This document shows, in pieces, positions 9,718-20,869 of a stretch of DNA of 64,000 nt (positions within the stretch are counted from its first letter, which is position 1; the number at the start of each line of letters is the position of its first letter). Under the pieces are notes generated by a model. It ran no database searches, was not told where the DNA came from, and worked only from the letters and a program-made list of their open reading frames with translations. A program made the position numbers and the translations under genes. The stretch is from Sulfolobaceae archaeon. Lineage in GTDB: Archaea > Thermoproteota > Thermoprotei_A > Sulfolobales > Sulfolobaceae. The DNA is taken from contig JAWARQ010000001.1 of the NCBI GenBank assembly GCA_038893355.1, positions 160,001-224,000 of the forward strand. Direction: 5' to 3'.

Positions 9718-10416
9718 GTGAAGGAGAAGGAGTACATTATAGCTAAATACGAATCTCAGGGCGAGAAGTTTGAGATATTAGTAAAGCCTAAAGAAGCCTT
9801 TGAGTTTAGAAGTGGCAAAAGTATAAGTATTTCTGAAATTGTAGTTTCTGATACTATATATAAAGATGTAAAGAAAGGTCTTAAAGCCTCACCTTCTTCT
9901 CTTAAAAAAGTTTTTGGAACAACTGACTTTGAAAGTATTGCAAGGGAGATTATACTCAAGGGTGAACTTCAGTTGACAGCAGAGCAAAGAAGAGAGATGA
10001 TTGAAGCTAAAAAGAAGCAAATTATTGAATACATTGTAAAGAATGCAATAGATCCTAAATCAAATTTACCAATACCTAGAACTAGAATAGAAATTGCGTT
10101 GGAACAATTAAAAATACATATAGATCCTAATAAAGACCCAGAATCGCAAGCACTACAAATAGTTAAAGAATTAGCGAAAGTAATTCCAATTAAAATTGCT
10201 AAGGCGTTAATAGAGGTTAAAGTCCCGCCTAAGTATAGTTCAAAGTTAAAGCCTCAGCTGTCTAGTATGGGAGAATTAAAGAAAGCTAATTGGCTTTCAG
10301 ATGGTACTTTAATTGCAGAATTAGAAATTCCTGCAGGTGCTCAACAAGAATTGATAGACAAATTAAATAGCCTTACAAAAGGTGAAGTTGAGGTTAAAGT
10401 TATTCAGGTGAAGTAA
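9718..10416 (+). CDS. Ribosome maturation factor SBDS
   Basis: [24 protein letters not shown]; context. Confidence 0.95.
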   Translation: MKEKEYIIAKYESQGEKFEILVKPKEAFEFRSGKSISISEIVVSDTIYKDVKKGLKASPSSLKKVFGTTDFESIAREIILKGELQLTAEQRREMIEAKKKQIIEYIVKNAIDPKSNLPIPRTRIEIALEQLKIHIDPNKDPESQALQIVKELAKVIPIKIAKALIEVKVPPKYSSKLKPQLSSMGELKKANWLSDGTLIAELEIPAGAQQELIDKLNSLTKGEVEVKVIQVK

Positions 10417-10417
10417 A

Positions 10418-11146
10418 TTGCAATCAAAAATATTCCTTCCAAATAGGAGTATAGTAACACCCGGGGATCTTATAGCTGAGGGTGAGTTTCAGATACCATG
10501 GTCTCCTTATTATTTTAAAGTTGGCCAAAAATACTATTCTACTGTAATAGGAATATTAGAAGTTAATGATAACATCTTTGAAATTATACCATTGGAGAGT
10601 ACCTATTATTATCCTCGAGTAGGCGATATCGTAATAGGATTAGTAGAAGACATTGAAATATATGGCTGGATAGTTGATATAAAAGCCCCATACTCAGCAT
10701 ATTTACCTGCAATTTCTCTACTCGGTAGACCTGCAAATCCTGGAGAGGACTTAAGGAGATATCTCGATAGAGGAGATTACATTATTGCAAAAATAGAGGC
10801 ATTCGATAGGACAATTAATCCTATACTTACTGTTAAGGGAAAAGGTTTAGGAAGAATATCTTCAGGCGCAATAGTCGATATTTTGCCAGTTAAGGTTCCT
10901 AGGGTAATAGGAAAGAATAAAAGTATGCTAGAAACTTTAATGTCAGAGACTAGTTGTAGTATTAATGTTGCACAAAATGGCAGAATATGGATAGAATGTC
11001 CATCTGCAGAAAAGGAAGAGTTATTAATTTCTGCTATCAGAATAATAGAAAAAGAATCACATCAAAAAGGTCTAACTGAAAGAATAAAAAAGTTCCTTAG
11101 GGAAGGATCTCTTGGTGAGAAGAATGGAAGTAATACAAAGACCTAA
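10418..11146 (+). CDS. rrp4: Exosome cap subunit Rrp4
   Basis: S1 and KH domains (VPRVIGKN). Confidence 0.95.
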   Translation: MQSKIFLPNRSIVTPGDLIAEGEFQIPWSPYYFKVGQKYYSTVIGILEVNDNIFEIIPLESTYYYPRVGDIVIGLVEDIEIYGWIVDIKAPYSAYLPAISLLGRPANPGEDLRRYLDRGDYIIAKIEAFDRTINPILTVKGKGLGRISSGAIVDILPVKVPRVIGKNKSMLETLMSETSCSINVAQNGRIWIECPSAEKEELLISAIRIIEKESHQKGLTERIKKFLREGSLGEKNGSNTKT

Positions 11147-11858
11147 ATTAATTTCAGAAGATGGAAGAAGAGTAGACGGAAGAAAGCCAACTGAATTAAG
11201 ACCTATTAAGATAGAGCTAGGCGTTTTAAAGAATGCAAATGGATCAGCTATATTTGAAATGGGAAATACGAAGGTCGTGGCTGCAGTATACGGCCCTAAA
11301 GAGATGCATCCTAGGCACTTAGCACTACCAGATAGGGCTGTACTTAGAGTAAGATACCACATGGCACCATTTTCTACTGAAGAGCGAAAAAATCCTGCTC
11401 CTTCAAGGAGAGAAATTGAACTATCTAAGGTTATAAGGGAAGCTCTAGAGTCTACAGTAGTAGTAGAAATGTTTCCTAGGACAGTGATTGATATATTCAT
11501 GGAAGTTCTTCAAGCAGATGCAGGAACAAGGCTTGTTGCATTAATGGCTGCTTCTCTGGCACTTGCAGATGCGGGAATACCAATTAAAGATTTAATAGCT
11601 GCAGTAGCTGTTGGAAAAGTAGATGGTGTTCTCGTGGTAGATTTAAATGAAATAGAGGATATGTGGGGCGAAGCAGATATGCCGATAGCTATGATGCCCT
11701 CATTAGGGCAAGTAACTTTGTTTCAACTTAATGGGTCTCTTACTCAGCAAGAATTTAAAGCAGCTCTTGAATTAGCTCAAAAGAGTATAATGGAAATCTA
11801 TAATATAGAAAAGGAGGTTTTAAGGAATAAGTATATAGAATACAAAGAAGAGGGTTAG
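11124..11858 (+). CDS. rrp41: Exosome subunit Rrp41
   Basis: RNase PH fold, QADAGTR. Confidence 0.95.
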   Translation: MEVIQRPKLISEDGRRVDGRKPTELRPIKIELGVLKNANGSAIFEMGNTKVVAAVYGPKEMHPRHLALPDRAVLRVRYHMAPFSTEERKNPAPSRREIELSKVIREALESTVVVEMFPRTVIDIFMEVLQADAGTRLVALMAASLALADAGIPIKDLIAAVAVGKVDGVLVVDLNEIEDMWGEADMPIAMMPSLGQVTLFQLNGSLTQQEFKAALELAQKSIMEIYNIEKEVLRNKYIEYKEEG

Positions 11859-11861
11859 ATA

Positions 11862-12689
11862 ATGTCCATAACTCCTTCATCAAGTAATATAGTGCCGATA
11901 ATTAAGAAAGAAACAATATTAAATGCTTTAGAAAGAGGCATTAGAATAGACGGGAGAAGATTCAATGATTATAGAAAAATTTCTGTAATTGTAGACTATG
12001 TTAAAAAAGCAGAAGGTTCTGCACTAGTTAAGTTAGGTGATACAACTGTAGTTGCTGGAATAAAGCTTGATGAAGGAAAACCATTTGAGGATACACCTAA
12101 TCAAGGTAATTTATTCGTCAACGTAGAATTCTTACCACTTGCATATGAGTCTTTTGAACCAGGACCTCCCGATGAAAATGCTATAGAATTGGCTAGAGTA
12201 ATTGACAGAAGTCTAAGGGATTCAAAAGCTATTGATCTATCTAAACTAGTAATAATACCTAATACTTTGGTTTGGAATGTATGGATTGATGTATACGTAC
12301 TTGATTATGGAGGTAATGTGACTGATGCAAGTATGTTAGCTTCAATAATAGCGCTTTATAATACTTATTTACCTAAAATTAAAGTTAACGAGAATAAAGT
12401 AGAGATAGATAGAAAGGAAAAAGATCAAAAACTTCCTATGCTAAAGCCCGTACTTACAGTTACAATAGGTAAGATTGGTAAGTTCTTATTTGTTGATCCG
12501 GATTTAGAAGAAGAGGGGATATTAGAAGCTAAAATTTCATTCTCTTATACTAGTGATGGAAATATTGTTGGTATACAAAAATATGGACATGGATCTTTCT
12601 CTATTTCAGAATTAATAGAAGCTGAAAATTTAGGAAGATCGGTTTCTCAAAGACTTTTCGAAGAACTTAAAAAATACATAACATTATAA
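11862..12689 (+). CDS. rrp42: Exosome subunit Rrp42
   Basis: RIDGR, FEPGPPDENAIELARVIDRSLR. Confidence 0.95.
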   Translation: MSITPSSSNIVPIIKKETILNALERGIRIDGRRFNDYRKISVIVDYVKKAEGSALVKLGDTTVVAGIKLDEGKPFEDTPNQGNLFVNVEFLPLAYESFEPGPPDENAIELARVIDRSLRDSKAIDLSKLVIIPNTLVWNVWIDVYVLDYGGNVTDASMLASIIALYNTYLPKIKVNENKVEIDRKEKDQKLPMLKPVLTVTIGKIGKFLFVDPDLEEEGILEAKISFSYTSDGNIVGIQKYGHGSFSISELIEAENLGRSVSQRLFEELKKYITL

Positions 12690-12706
12690 TTTAAGAGTGT
12701 GATAAT

Positions 12707-12925
12707 ATGGGTAGAACTAAGGTTGTTGGTATTGCAGGAAGATTTGGAGCGAGATATGGTAGTTCAGTTAGGAAAAAGTGGAAGGAAGTCATGGAGAAAA
12801 GATATCAAGACCATATATGCATAGTTTGTAAATCAGTTGGTACTGTAAAGAGGATAGCAAATGGAATTTGGTATTGTAAAAAGTGTAATTCAAAATGGGC
12901 AGGACTTGCCTACACGCCCTATTAA
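12707..12925 (+). CDS. rpl37ae: 50S ribosomal protein L37ae
   Basis: GRFGARYG plus C4 zinc ribbon. Confidence 0.95.
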   Translation: MGRTKVVGIAGRFGARYGSSVRKKWKEVMEKRYQDHICIVCKSVGTVKRIANGIWYCKKCNSKWAGLAYTPY

Positions 12926-13421
12926 TATTATTTTTACTAGTAGTCGTGATGCTCCACTTAGGGTAAGAAGATTTTTAAATGAGTTAGTTCGTGTTATACC
13001 TTATTCATTAAAGATAAATAGAGGTAGGCAAAATTTACATCAAATTTTATCAAAGGCAATACGATATAATGCAAAATATGTAGGAATATTTAGAATTGTA
13101 AAGGGTAATCCTGCAGGCTTAAAGGTTATAGATTTAGTTACTAGTACTGTTAAATATGAGTTTAATATAAAAGGGGTTACTTTATATTCAGAGAAAGTTA
13201 AAAATGGCAAAAAAGTTTATGTTGATGAGATTTGTATAAAAGTAGAAAGTTATGGAAATTGTAATGATATTATTGAAATGTTAATAGATATAGGTGCAAA
13301 AGGTTTTGGAGATTGCAAATACTACGCTTTAATAACTAGCTATGATAATAATATCTGTGAACTAAAATTTATCGATAAAAATTATACATTAGTTGGACCA
13401 ATAATAAGGTTTTTAGTATGA
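12906..13421 (+). CDS. Brix/Imp4-domain ribosome biogenesis protein (start uncertain)
   Basis: FTSSR...RRFLNEL...INRG...KGNP. Confidence 0.8.
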   Translation: MPTRPINIIFTSSRDAPLRVRRFLNELVRVIPYSLKINRGRQNLHQILSKAIRYNAKYVGIFRIVKGNPAGLKVIDLVTSTVKYEFNIKGVTLYSEKVKNGKKVYVDEICIKVESYGNCNDIIEMLIDIGAKGFGDCKYYALITSYDNNICELKFIDKNYTLVGPIIRFLV

Positions 13422-13663
13422 TTACAATCGAGGTAGAATTATCAGAATTAGATACCGAGACTCTAGATATCATATTTAATTCTATTCTAATTGAAGATAT
13501 AGATAAAAAATATATTATTATAGAGAGACCATTGAAAGTAAAGATATCAGCACCTAGGATAAGCAGGGGAAAGGCAATCATGAATTCTTATATCTTCTGG
13601 ATCTATTCTATTCTGAGTATCATGAAAAAGGTGAGTGAAAATGACGGAACAAGTTCCACCTGA
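13418..13663 (+). CDS. pcc1: KEOPS complex subunit Pcc1
   Basis: Small size, KAIMNSY motif, position before prefoldin. Confidence 0.7.
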   Translation: MITIEVELSELDTETLDIIFNSILIEDIDKKYIIIERPLKVKISAPRISRGKAIMNSYIFWIYSILSIMKKVSENDGTSST

Positions 13664-14033
13664 ACTTCAAACACAAATAGTAAAGCTACAACAGCTTCAA
13701 GAACAGCTTAATAGGTTATTAGCTGAAAAAAGTATAATAGATAGTGAATTAAGGGAAATAAATTCGATTTTAGAAGAATTATCTAAATTACCACAAGATG
13801 TTACAATATATGAGATTATCGGAAATTTGTTAGTTAGAAAAGAGAGGTCAAATGTAGAGAAGGATCTAAATGAGAGAAAGGAGTTGTTAGAATTAAGAGC
13901 TAAGGTCTACCAACGTAACGAGAGTAATTTAAGAAGACAGTTAGAAGAAGTTCAGAAAAAAGTTAATGAGTTAATGGCAAAATATTATCCACAACTTAAA
14001 GGTGGAGGCACCTCAGCTCCGCAAAAGGCCTAA
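13641..14033 (+). CDS. pfdB: Prefoldin beta subunit
   Basis: Coiled coils with [10 protein letters not shown] hairpin. Confidence 0.92.
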   Translation: MTEQVPPELQTQIVKLQQLQEQLNRLLAEKSIIDSELREINSILEELSKLPQDVTIYEIIGNLLVRKERSNVEKDLNERKELLELRAKVYQRNESNLRRQLEEVQKKVNELMAKYYPQLKGGGTSAPQKA

Positions 14034-14073
14034 TCTTTTTTCTAGAGTAATCCTATTTTATTTAAGTAGCAAA

Positions 14074-14763
14074 ATGATAAGAATTTATGTAGATGAAAGG
14101 GAAAGGGCTAGTGGAGTGCCAGATCTTTTAAAAAGATATAATGATTTAATAATAATTTTTAACAATTTATCTGTTGGAGATTATGTAATTTCTGATACAA
14201 TAGGTATTGAAAGGAAGAGTATTGAAGACTTAGTATCATCAGTATTTGATAAGAGATTTTTTGATCAAACAAAAAGGTTAGCAGAAGTATATTCTAATCC
14301 TATTTTACTAATAGAGGGAGACATTTCAAGAATAAGACTCATAACAGAAAAATGGAAAGCTATTAATGCTGCAATAATTTCAATAAGTATGGATTATGGA
14401 ATTAGAGTTTTCTATTCTAGAGATCAAGAGGATTCTGCTGAGGTTATAAGAAAAATAGCAGAAAAGGCTCATAATGAAAGTAAAAGAGCAATTTCACTTC
14501 ATAAGAAACCTAAATTTGAGTCCATTCATGACGTTCAAAGGTATATTGTAGAATCCTTCCCTGAGATAGGTACAGTGCTCGCAGAAAGATTGTTAGAAAA
14601 ATTCAATACAATATATAATATTTGTAATGCGTCAATCTCTGATTTAGAGAAGGTCATAGGTAGGAAAAAGGCAGAGGAATTATACAAAATCATTAGAACG
14701 CCGTATACGTCCTCTGCAAATCCTAATAAACAAAAATATAAATCACTTACAGATTTTTTATAG
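14074..14763 (+). CDS. xpf: XPF flap endonuclease (ERCC4 plus HhH2)
   Basis: VDERE, GDY, IERKS motifs; C-terminal PIP-like SLTDFL. Confidence 0.93.
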   Translation: MIRIYVDERERASGVPDLLKRYNDLIIIFNNLSVGDYVISDTIGIERKSIEDLVSSVFDKRFFDQTKRLAEVYSNPILLIEGDISRIRLITEKWKAINAAIISISMDYGIRVFYSRDQEDSAEVIRKIAEKAHNESKRAISLHKKPKFESIHDVQRYIVESFPEIGTVLAERLLEKFNTIYNICNASISDLEKVIGRKKAEELYKIIRTPYTSSANPNKQKYKSLTDFL

Positions 14764-14832
14764 TGTATTCTACTCCCCATTACATTTTAATATTTCTGTT
14801 TTTGAATTGTAGGTTAGTTATGGTGAATGTGA

Positions 14833-17046
14833 TTGCCTAGGTATAAGACAGTTGAGCAGGTTCTCAGTTTAATGAAAGATAGAACTAGGGTTAGGAATAT
14901 AGGGATAATTGCACATGTAGATCATGGTAAAACAACGTTAAGTGATACTTTACTGGCTGCAGCAGGGATAATCTCACCAAAAGTTGCAGGAGAAGCTCTT
15001 GCATTAGACTATCTTACAGTAGAACAACAAAGAGGAATAACAGTTAAAGCTGCAAACATAAGCCTTTATCATGAATTTGAAGGAAAAGGTTATGTAATTA
15101 ACCTAATCGATACTCCCGGTCATGTAGATTTTAGCGGTAGAGTGACTAGAAGTTTAAGGGTACTTGATGGCTCAATAGTTGTAGTTGATGCTGTAGAGGG
15201 AGTAATGACACAAACCGAAACTGTATTAAGGCAGAGCTTAGAAGAAAGAGTTAGGCCAATTTTATTTATAAATAAAATAGATAGATTAATTAAAGAACTT
15301 AAATTAAGTGAGCAAGAAATTCAACAAAGACTAACGGATATAATAAGAGAAATAAATAACCTAATAGAGATTTATGGGGAGCCAGAATTTAAAGAAAAGT
15401 GGCGAATAAATCCAACGTTAGGAAATGTTGTATTTGGATCTGCTAAGGATAAATGGGGTTTCAGTGTACCAATGGCACAAAGAAAGGGAATTAAGTTTAA
15501 GGATGTATATAATGCTTATGCTAGCGGGGATAAGTCTAAAGTTGAAGAACTATCTAAGACGGTTCCAGTTCATGAGGCATTATTAGATGCTGTAATAAAA
15601 TTAATTCCTAATCCAATTGAAGCTCAGAAATATAGAATACCAAAAATTTGGAAAGGTGATCTAGATAACGAAGTAGCTAAAGCAATGTTAAATGGTGATC
15701 CTAATGGACCATTAGTCTTTATGGTAACAGATATGAAAGTAGATCCACATGCTGGGCTAGTAGCTACTGGTAGAGTTTTTTCAGGGACTTTGAGGGCAGG
15801 AGAAGAAGTATGGCTCGTTAATGCAAAAACTTCACAGCGTGTTCTTCAAGTAAGCCTTTACATGGGTCCAGTTAGGGAACTCGCAGAAGAAATACCAGCA
15901 GGAAATATAGCAGCCGCTCTAGGTCTAGATAGAGCAAGAAGTGGAGAGACTGTTTTAGGAATAGCAGTTAAAGATATTCAAGGAAGTTTTGAGCAATTAA
16001 GATATATATCTGAACCAGTAGTTACTCTTGCAGTAGAGCCTCGTAATCCTAAAGACTTAACCAAAATGGTAGAAGCATTAAAGAAATTAAGTATTGAAGA
16101 TCCTAACTTAATTGTAAAAATTAATCAGGAGACTGGTGAATATCTAATCTCTGGAATGGGATTCTTACATTTAGAGGTATCCTTACAGTTGCTTAGAGAA
16201 AACTATGGATTAGATGTAATTACAACTCCACCAGTGGTAGTATATAGAGAAAGTATAAGAGGAAAAAGTCAAATATTTGAAGGAAAGTCTCCAAATAAGC
16301 ATAATAAACTCTATATTAGTGTTGATGTGCTTAACGATAGAACTATTGAGTTAATAGCTAATGGTACAATTAAGGAAAATATGGAGCCTAAAGAAATTGC
16401 AAAGATTTTAAGGGATCAGGCAGATTGGGACTATGATGAGGCTAAAAGAATAGTTGCAATTGATGAAAATATAAACGTATTTGTGGATATGACTAGTGGT
16501 GTCCAACATTTAAGGGAAGTTATGGATACTATAATTCAAGGGTTTAGATTAGCAGTGAGGGAAGGTCCTTTAGCACGTGAGCCAGTTAGAGGTTTAAAGG
16601 TAATTTTACATGATGCAGTAATTCATGAGGATCCAGCTCATAGAGGTCCAGCTCAGTTGTATCCTGCAGTAAGGAATGCAATATTTGCAGGATTTTTAAC
16701 TGCTAGACCTACCCTACTAGAACCAATACAAAAATTAGATATTAGAGTACCAATGAATTACATAAGTGAAGTTACTGCAGTATTAACTAGAAAGCGTGGG
16801 AAGATCCTAAATATGATCACTTCTGGTAGTATAGCTAGGGTTTTTGCAGAAATACCAGTCGCTGAATCTTTTGATCTTGCAAGTGAATTAAGAGGTGCTA
16901 CTGGAGGTAGAGCAATTTGGGGTACTGAATTTAGTAGATGGGCTCCAGTACCTGATAGTATGTTAATAGATATTATAATGAAGATAAGGGAAAGAAAGGG
17001 ATTACCAAAGCAACTACCAAAGGTCGAAGATTTCTTATCACCGTGA
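14833..17046 (+). CDS. fusA: Elongation factor EF-2
   Basis: [16 protein letters not shown], diphthamide loop HEDPAHRG. Confidence 0.98.
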   Translation: MPRYKTVEQVLSLMKDRTRVRNIGIIAHVDHGKTTLSDTLLAAAGIISPKVAGEALALDYLTVEQQRGITVKAANISLYHEFEGKGYVINLIDTPGHVDFSGRVTRSLRVLDGSIVVVDAVEGVMTQTETVLRQSLEERVRPILFINKIDRLIKELKLSEQEIQQRLTDIIREINNLIEIYGEPEFKEKWRINPTLGNVVFGSAKDKWGFSVPMAQRKGIKFKDVYNAYASGDKSKVEELSKTVPVHEALLDAVIKLIPNPIEAQKYRIPKIWKGDLDNEVAKAMLNGDPNGPLVFMVTDMKVDPHAGLVATGRVFSGTLRAGEEVWLVNAKTSQRVLQVSLYMGPVRELAEEIPAGNIAAALGLDRARSGETVLGIAVKDIQGSFEQLRYISEPVVTLAVEPRNPKDLTKMVEALKKLSIEDPNLIVKINQETGEYLISGMGFLHLEVSLQLLRENYGLDVITTPPVVVYRESIRGKSQIFEGKSPNKHNKLYISVDVLNDRTIELIANGTIKENMEPKEIAKILRDQADWDYDEAKRIVAIDENINVFVDMTSGVQHLREVMDTIIQGFRLAVREGPLAREPVRGLKVILHDAVIHEDPAHRGPAQLYPAVRNAIFAGFLTARPTLLEPIQKLDIRVPMNYISEVTAVLTRKRGKILNMITSGSIARVFAEIPVAESFDLASELRGATGGRAIWGTEFSRWAPVPDSMLIDIIMKIRERKGLPKQLPKVEDFLSP

Positions 17047-17780
17047 TAAACTTGGAAGAATATAATATCTTTGAGAATGTGAGAGGATTATTTTTTGATT
17101 TTGATGGTACATTAGTTGATTTTGATACTAATTCAAAGGTGGCATTAAATAAAGTTGCAGAAGAAATTTATAATTATATAATAGAAAATCAAAATAATGA
17201 AAAGAAGCTAAAATTAGATGATGTAAAAAATGTTGTATTTGAGGTTGCAGAAAAATTAGATCAAGATGGTGTTTTTGAAAGAAATTATTGGTGGGAAGAA
17301 GTAATGAAAAAATTGGGTGTAAAATATGAGAGGAATCAAATTTACGAATTTTCTTCATTATATTGGTCTATTGCCTCAGATAATATACCATTTGATGATG
17401 CTATCGAACTTATCAGATATCTAAAGAGGAAGAATCTAAAGTTAGGGATTATAACTAATAGTGATGGTGAAGTAGGAAATAAGAGGCGTAGATTAGAGAG
17501 ATTTCCATTAATTAGTTCTTTCGATGTAATAATTATTGCTGGTGAGGGTGGTATTCGTCCAAAACCGTATCCGGAACCATTTATATTAGGCTGTGAAAAA
17601 CTTGGATTAAAGATAAATGAATGTGCCATGATTGGTGATGATCCGGTTAAGGATTGTCTTGCAGCTAAAAGAGTCGGGATGGTGAGCGTGCTTATTGACA
17701 GGTATAATAAAATCAAATTTGCAGAATTATATGCAGATTTAGTAATAAAGAATCTAGTTGAACTAGAGGAATTCTTTTAA
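17043..17780 (+). CDS. HAD-superfamily hydrolase
   Basis: FDFDGTL, ITNS, KP, GDD..KD. Confidence 0.9.
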   Translation: MINLEEYNIFENVRGLFFDFDGTLVDFDTNSKVALNKVAEEIYNYIIENQNNEKKLKLDDVKNVVFEVAEKLDQDGVFERNYWWEEVMKKLGVKYERNQIYEFSSLYWSIASDNIPFDDAIELIRYLKRKNLKLGIITNSDGEVGNKRRRLERFPLISSFDVIIIAGEGGIRPKPYPEPFILGCEKLGLKINECAMIGDDPVKDCLAAKRVGMVSVLIDRYNKIKFAELYADLVIKNLVELEEFF

Positions 17781-19196
17781 ATCTAAAAGTAATGAGGAAA
17801 GATACTCATCTTCAACTTCTTTGACAACTTCGTTAAGATACATATTGTAAAATCTATTACATTCCGCACTAAAACAAGTATTTTCCAATAATTCAATATC
17901 TTCAATCATAACTCTATTTCCTTTTATTGCTTCTAATAAACCTATTAATTTATGAAATAGAGAAATTTTTATTTTCATTTCTTTCTCATAAAATATAATT
18001 CCATAGTTCCTTAATAATTTTTTATAAATATTTAGATTTTCTATTATATCATAAAAATTATTTAAATATGATTTTATTCGTAAAGGTAGATTTTTTTGAA
18101 TTTGTTTTAGATCAATTAATACTTCTTTAGAATTTATCTTTATATCTTTTATATTTAATATTAAATTATTTAAAATTTGTAATAAATCTTCGTAATTCTC
18201 TCCTTCATTAATTATATCTAATGAACTTTTCTCTAACTTATTGCTTGATGAAATGTCTATGGAAGGAATGCCATTCTTTATAAAATTAATACTGTCAGAA
18301 TAAGGATTTATTCCTTTTTTACAATTTATATTAATATTAGAAAAATTTTCACATAATCCAGTAGGTGCTATTAATTCATAATTAGAAAATACATTATGTA
18401 TATTTATATTTAATAAAATTTTCCCTCTCTTTTCATTCATTTTGCTCAAGTATTCATAAGAACCATAACTCCAATATATAGTGGCAAAGGCCTTATTTGC
18501 TGTTTCTGTTGCAGTAAAAGAATAGATTCTAGTCTCATATTTAGATTTCGGTTCTATACTGGTTACTAACGCTATACCAATTTTACTAGAATGCTCTCCA
18601 TAAAACCAACAATCATGGTGAGTAGAAATTGAAATTATGTTTTCATCATCATGAGATGGGATTATTGCCTCTAATATATATCCTAATGCGTTAGGATTAA
18701 TAACTACTTTAGCATAAAATCTACATTTACCTTGAAAATTTGATATTAGTTGTTTTGTAGCATAATATGCAGGGACTGGTGGTGGATGAGAAGGTTTCCT
18801 TGATAATTCATGTCCATAGATCATTATATTTTTTCTTTTTATATTATCTTTTGTAAATATTATTATATCACATTTTTTATAATTAAAATTATATAAAAAT
18901 GGAGTTTCATAAATATCATTAAATTCTAATATACAATAATTTTCAGTCTCGATATCATGAGATAGAGAATATGGTAATAATATTATTTCATTAGTATTAA
19001 TTTTCCCTGATTTTTCACATTCTACTTCTATTTCTTTCACTGCCCAGCTGTATACTCTTATAGGATATACGTTATAATCTACTTTTTTTATATCAAAATA
19101 CTTTTTTATTTTATTGACTATTTTTCTTTCAATCTCAGAACCAGAAACTACTTCACCAAAAGTTGAAAGTTCTTTAACTCTCTCTTTTAACATCAA
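17763..19196 (-). CDS. Divergent M28 peptidase-like protein
   Basis: SGSEIE, THHDCW, FTATET resemble the M28 scaffold with degenerate ligands. Confidence 0.6.
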   Translation of the reverse strand: MMLKERVKELSTFGEVVSGSEIERKIVNKIKKYFDIKKVDYNVYPIRVYSWAVKEIEVECEKSGKINTNEIILLPYSLSHDIETENYCILEFNDIYETPFLYNFNYKKCDIIIFTKDNIKRKNIMIYGHELSRKPSHPPPVPAYYATKQLISNFQGKCRFYAKVVINPNALGYILEAIIPSHDDENIISISTHHDCWFYGEHSSKIGIALVTSIEPKSKYETRIYSFTATETANKAFATIYWSYGSYEYLSKMNEKRGKILLNINIHNVFSNYELIAPTGLCENFSNININCKKGINPYSDSINFIKNGIPSIDISSSNKLEKSSLDIINEGENYEDLLQILNNLILNIKDIKINSKEVLIDLKQIQKNLPLRIKSYLNNFYDIIENLNIYKKLLRNYGIIFYEKEMKIKISLFHKLIGLLEAIKGNRVMIEDIELLENTCFSAECNRFYNMYLNEVVKEVEDEYLSSLLLDLKEFL

Positions 19197-19199
19197 TAT

Positions 19200-19787
19200 A
19201 TGAATATTGCCGAAATTATAAACTATATTTTCCCATATGATGGAATTTATGAGGTAATTGTATCGACATATGGTGTTAGTGAAAACATTTCTCCGTTAGG
19301 TTTGATAAGGGATAGTGATAAATTTTACTTTAGATTGTATTCAGATACTTTAACTTATTTTAATTTAGAGAAAAACCCTGAATGTTGTATTCAAGTAACT
19401 AACGAACCATTATATTTTTATTATACATTATTCAATAAAAAAATTAATTATGAAAAAATTAAAGGATTCTTGATTATACCGAATTTAACTACAATATTCT
19501 CAAAATGTGAAATAGTGGATAAGAATTCTGAACCACGAAGGATTTTAGTAAGACCTAGTGAAGTTTTAGGGAAGAATTTATGTAGGGCATATAATAGGGG
19601 TGAATCACTATTTATAGATCTTTTAGTTCATGTTACTAGACTAGGGATATATAGTAAAGAAGAATTGGAGAAATATATGAAAATACTAGATTACGAGATA
19701 TCAGTAATTGAAAGAACTTCTCCTCGATTGAGAGAAGTTATAAATGAGTTAAAGAAGGAAGTAATTTCCCGATTTAAAAGTATTTAA
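19200..19787 (+). CDS. DUF447 family protein
   Basis: GIYEVIVST..NISPLG, TYFNL, NRG..DLLVHVTR. Confidence 0.8.
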   Translation: MNIAEIINYIFPYDGIYEVIVSTYGVSENISPLGLIRDSDKFYFRLYSDTLTYFNLEKNPECCIQVTNEPLYFYYTLFNKKINYEKIKGFLIIPNLTTIFSKCEIVDKNSEPRRILVRPSEVLGKNLCRAYNRGESLFIDLLVHVTRLGIYSKEELEKYMKILDYEISVIERTSPRLREVINELKKEVISRFKSI

Positions 19788-19811
19788 AGATAGTCTTGAA
19801 AGGATATAAGT

Positions 19812-20822
19812 ATGGATTTTAGAGTAGTCATAATTCCAGGGGATGGAATCGGTCCTGAGATAGTTAAAAATTCAAAGAGGATTTTGGGAAAGTTAGTGAA
19901 TAAGTATAATTTAGAAATAGAATTCACGGAAATTGAAGCAGGTGATTCTGCTTTATCAAAATATGGGGAACCGATACCCTCAAATTATTATACAGTTCTT
20001 GACTCTTCAGATATCATACTCAAGGGCCCAGTTGGAGAAACAGCATTTGATGTAGTTGTAAAATTAAGACAAAGATATGACTTATTCGCTAATATAAGAC
20101 CTGCTAAATCTCTACCTAATGTTGCATCTAAGTTTGGTAATGTAGATATTTTGATCGTTAGGGAGAATACTGAAGATTTGTATAAAGGTATTGAATTTAT
20201 GTTAGATGATAATACTAGTATAGGTTTAAAAGTTATAACTAAGAAGGCTTCTAAAAGAATTGCAGAAGTTGCATTAAATTATGCGTTAAAGAGAAGAAAA
20301 AAAGTTGTTTGTGTGCATAAAGCAAATGTTAATAAGCTAACTGATGGTTTATTTGCTAGGGTATGTAAGGAGGTACTTCAGGGGAAGGTTCACTTTGAGG
20401 AGATGTATGTTGATGCAGCAGCAGCCAATTTAGTTAGAAATCCTCAGTATTTTGATGTAATAGTAACTACTAATGTTTATGGTGATATATTAAGTGACGA
20501 AGCGGCACAAATAGCAGGAAGTTTAGGGATAGCACCTTCTGCAAATATAGGGGATAATAAGGCATTATTTGAACCGGTACATGGTGCTGCTTTTGATATT
20601 GCTGGTAAAAATATTGCTAATCCAACTGCTTTCCTATTATCTTGTGTTATGATGTTCGAATACATGTTCGAAAAGAGTAAGAAGGAGAAATATATTTTAG
20701 CAGCAAGTGATTTAGAAAAGGCAATTTATACTGTCTACTCTCAAGGGGAAAAGATAACACCCGATGTTGGAGGTAAAGCCACATTAAGTGAAATGGTTGA
20801 TGCGATCTATAGTCTACTCTAA
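19812..20822 (+). CDS. leuB: Isopropylmalate/homoisocitrate dehydrogenase family, probably 3-isopropylmalate dehydrogenase
   Basis: GDGIGPE, VRENTEDLY, YGDILSD, EPVHGAAFDIAG. Confidence 0.85.
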   Translation: MDFRVVIIPGDGIGPEIVKNSKRILGKLVNKYNLEIEFTEIEAGDSALSKYGEPIPSNYYTVLDSSDIILKGPVGETAFDVVVKLRQRYDLFANIRPAKSLPNVASKFGNVDILIVRENTEDLYKGIEFMLDDNTSIGLKVITKKASKRIAEVALNYALKRRKKVVCVHKANVNKLTDGLFARVCKEVLQGKVHFEEMYVDAAAANLVRNPQYFDVIVTTNVYGDILSDEAAQIAGSLGIAPSANIGDNKALFEPVHGAAFDIAGKNIANPTAFLLSCVMMFEYMFEKSKKEKYILAASDLEKAIYTVYSQGEKITPDVGGKATLSEMVDAIYSLL

Positions 20823-20869
20823 ACTTATTTGTCTTGCATAAATTATCAATAATAAGGTGGTGATGTAAA

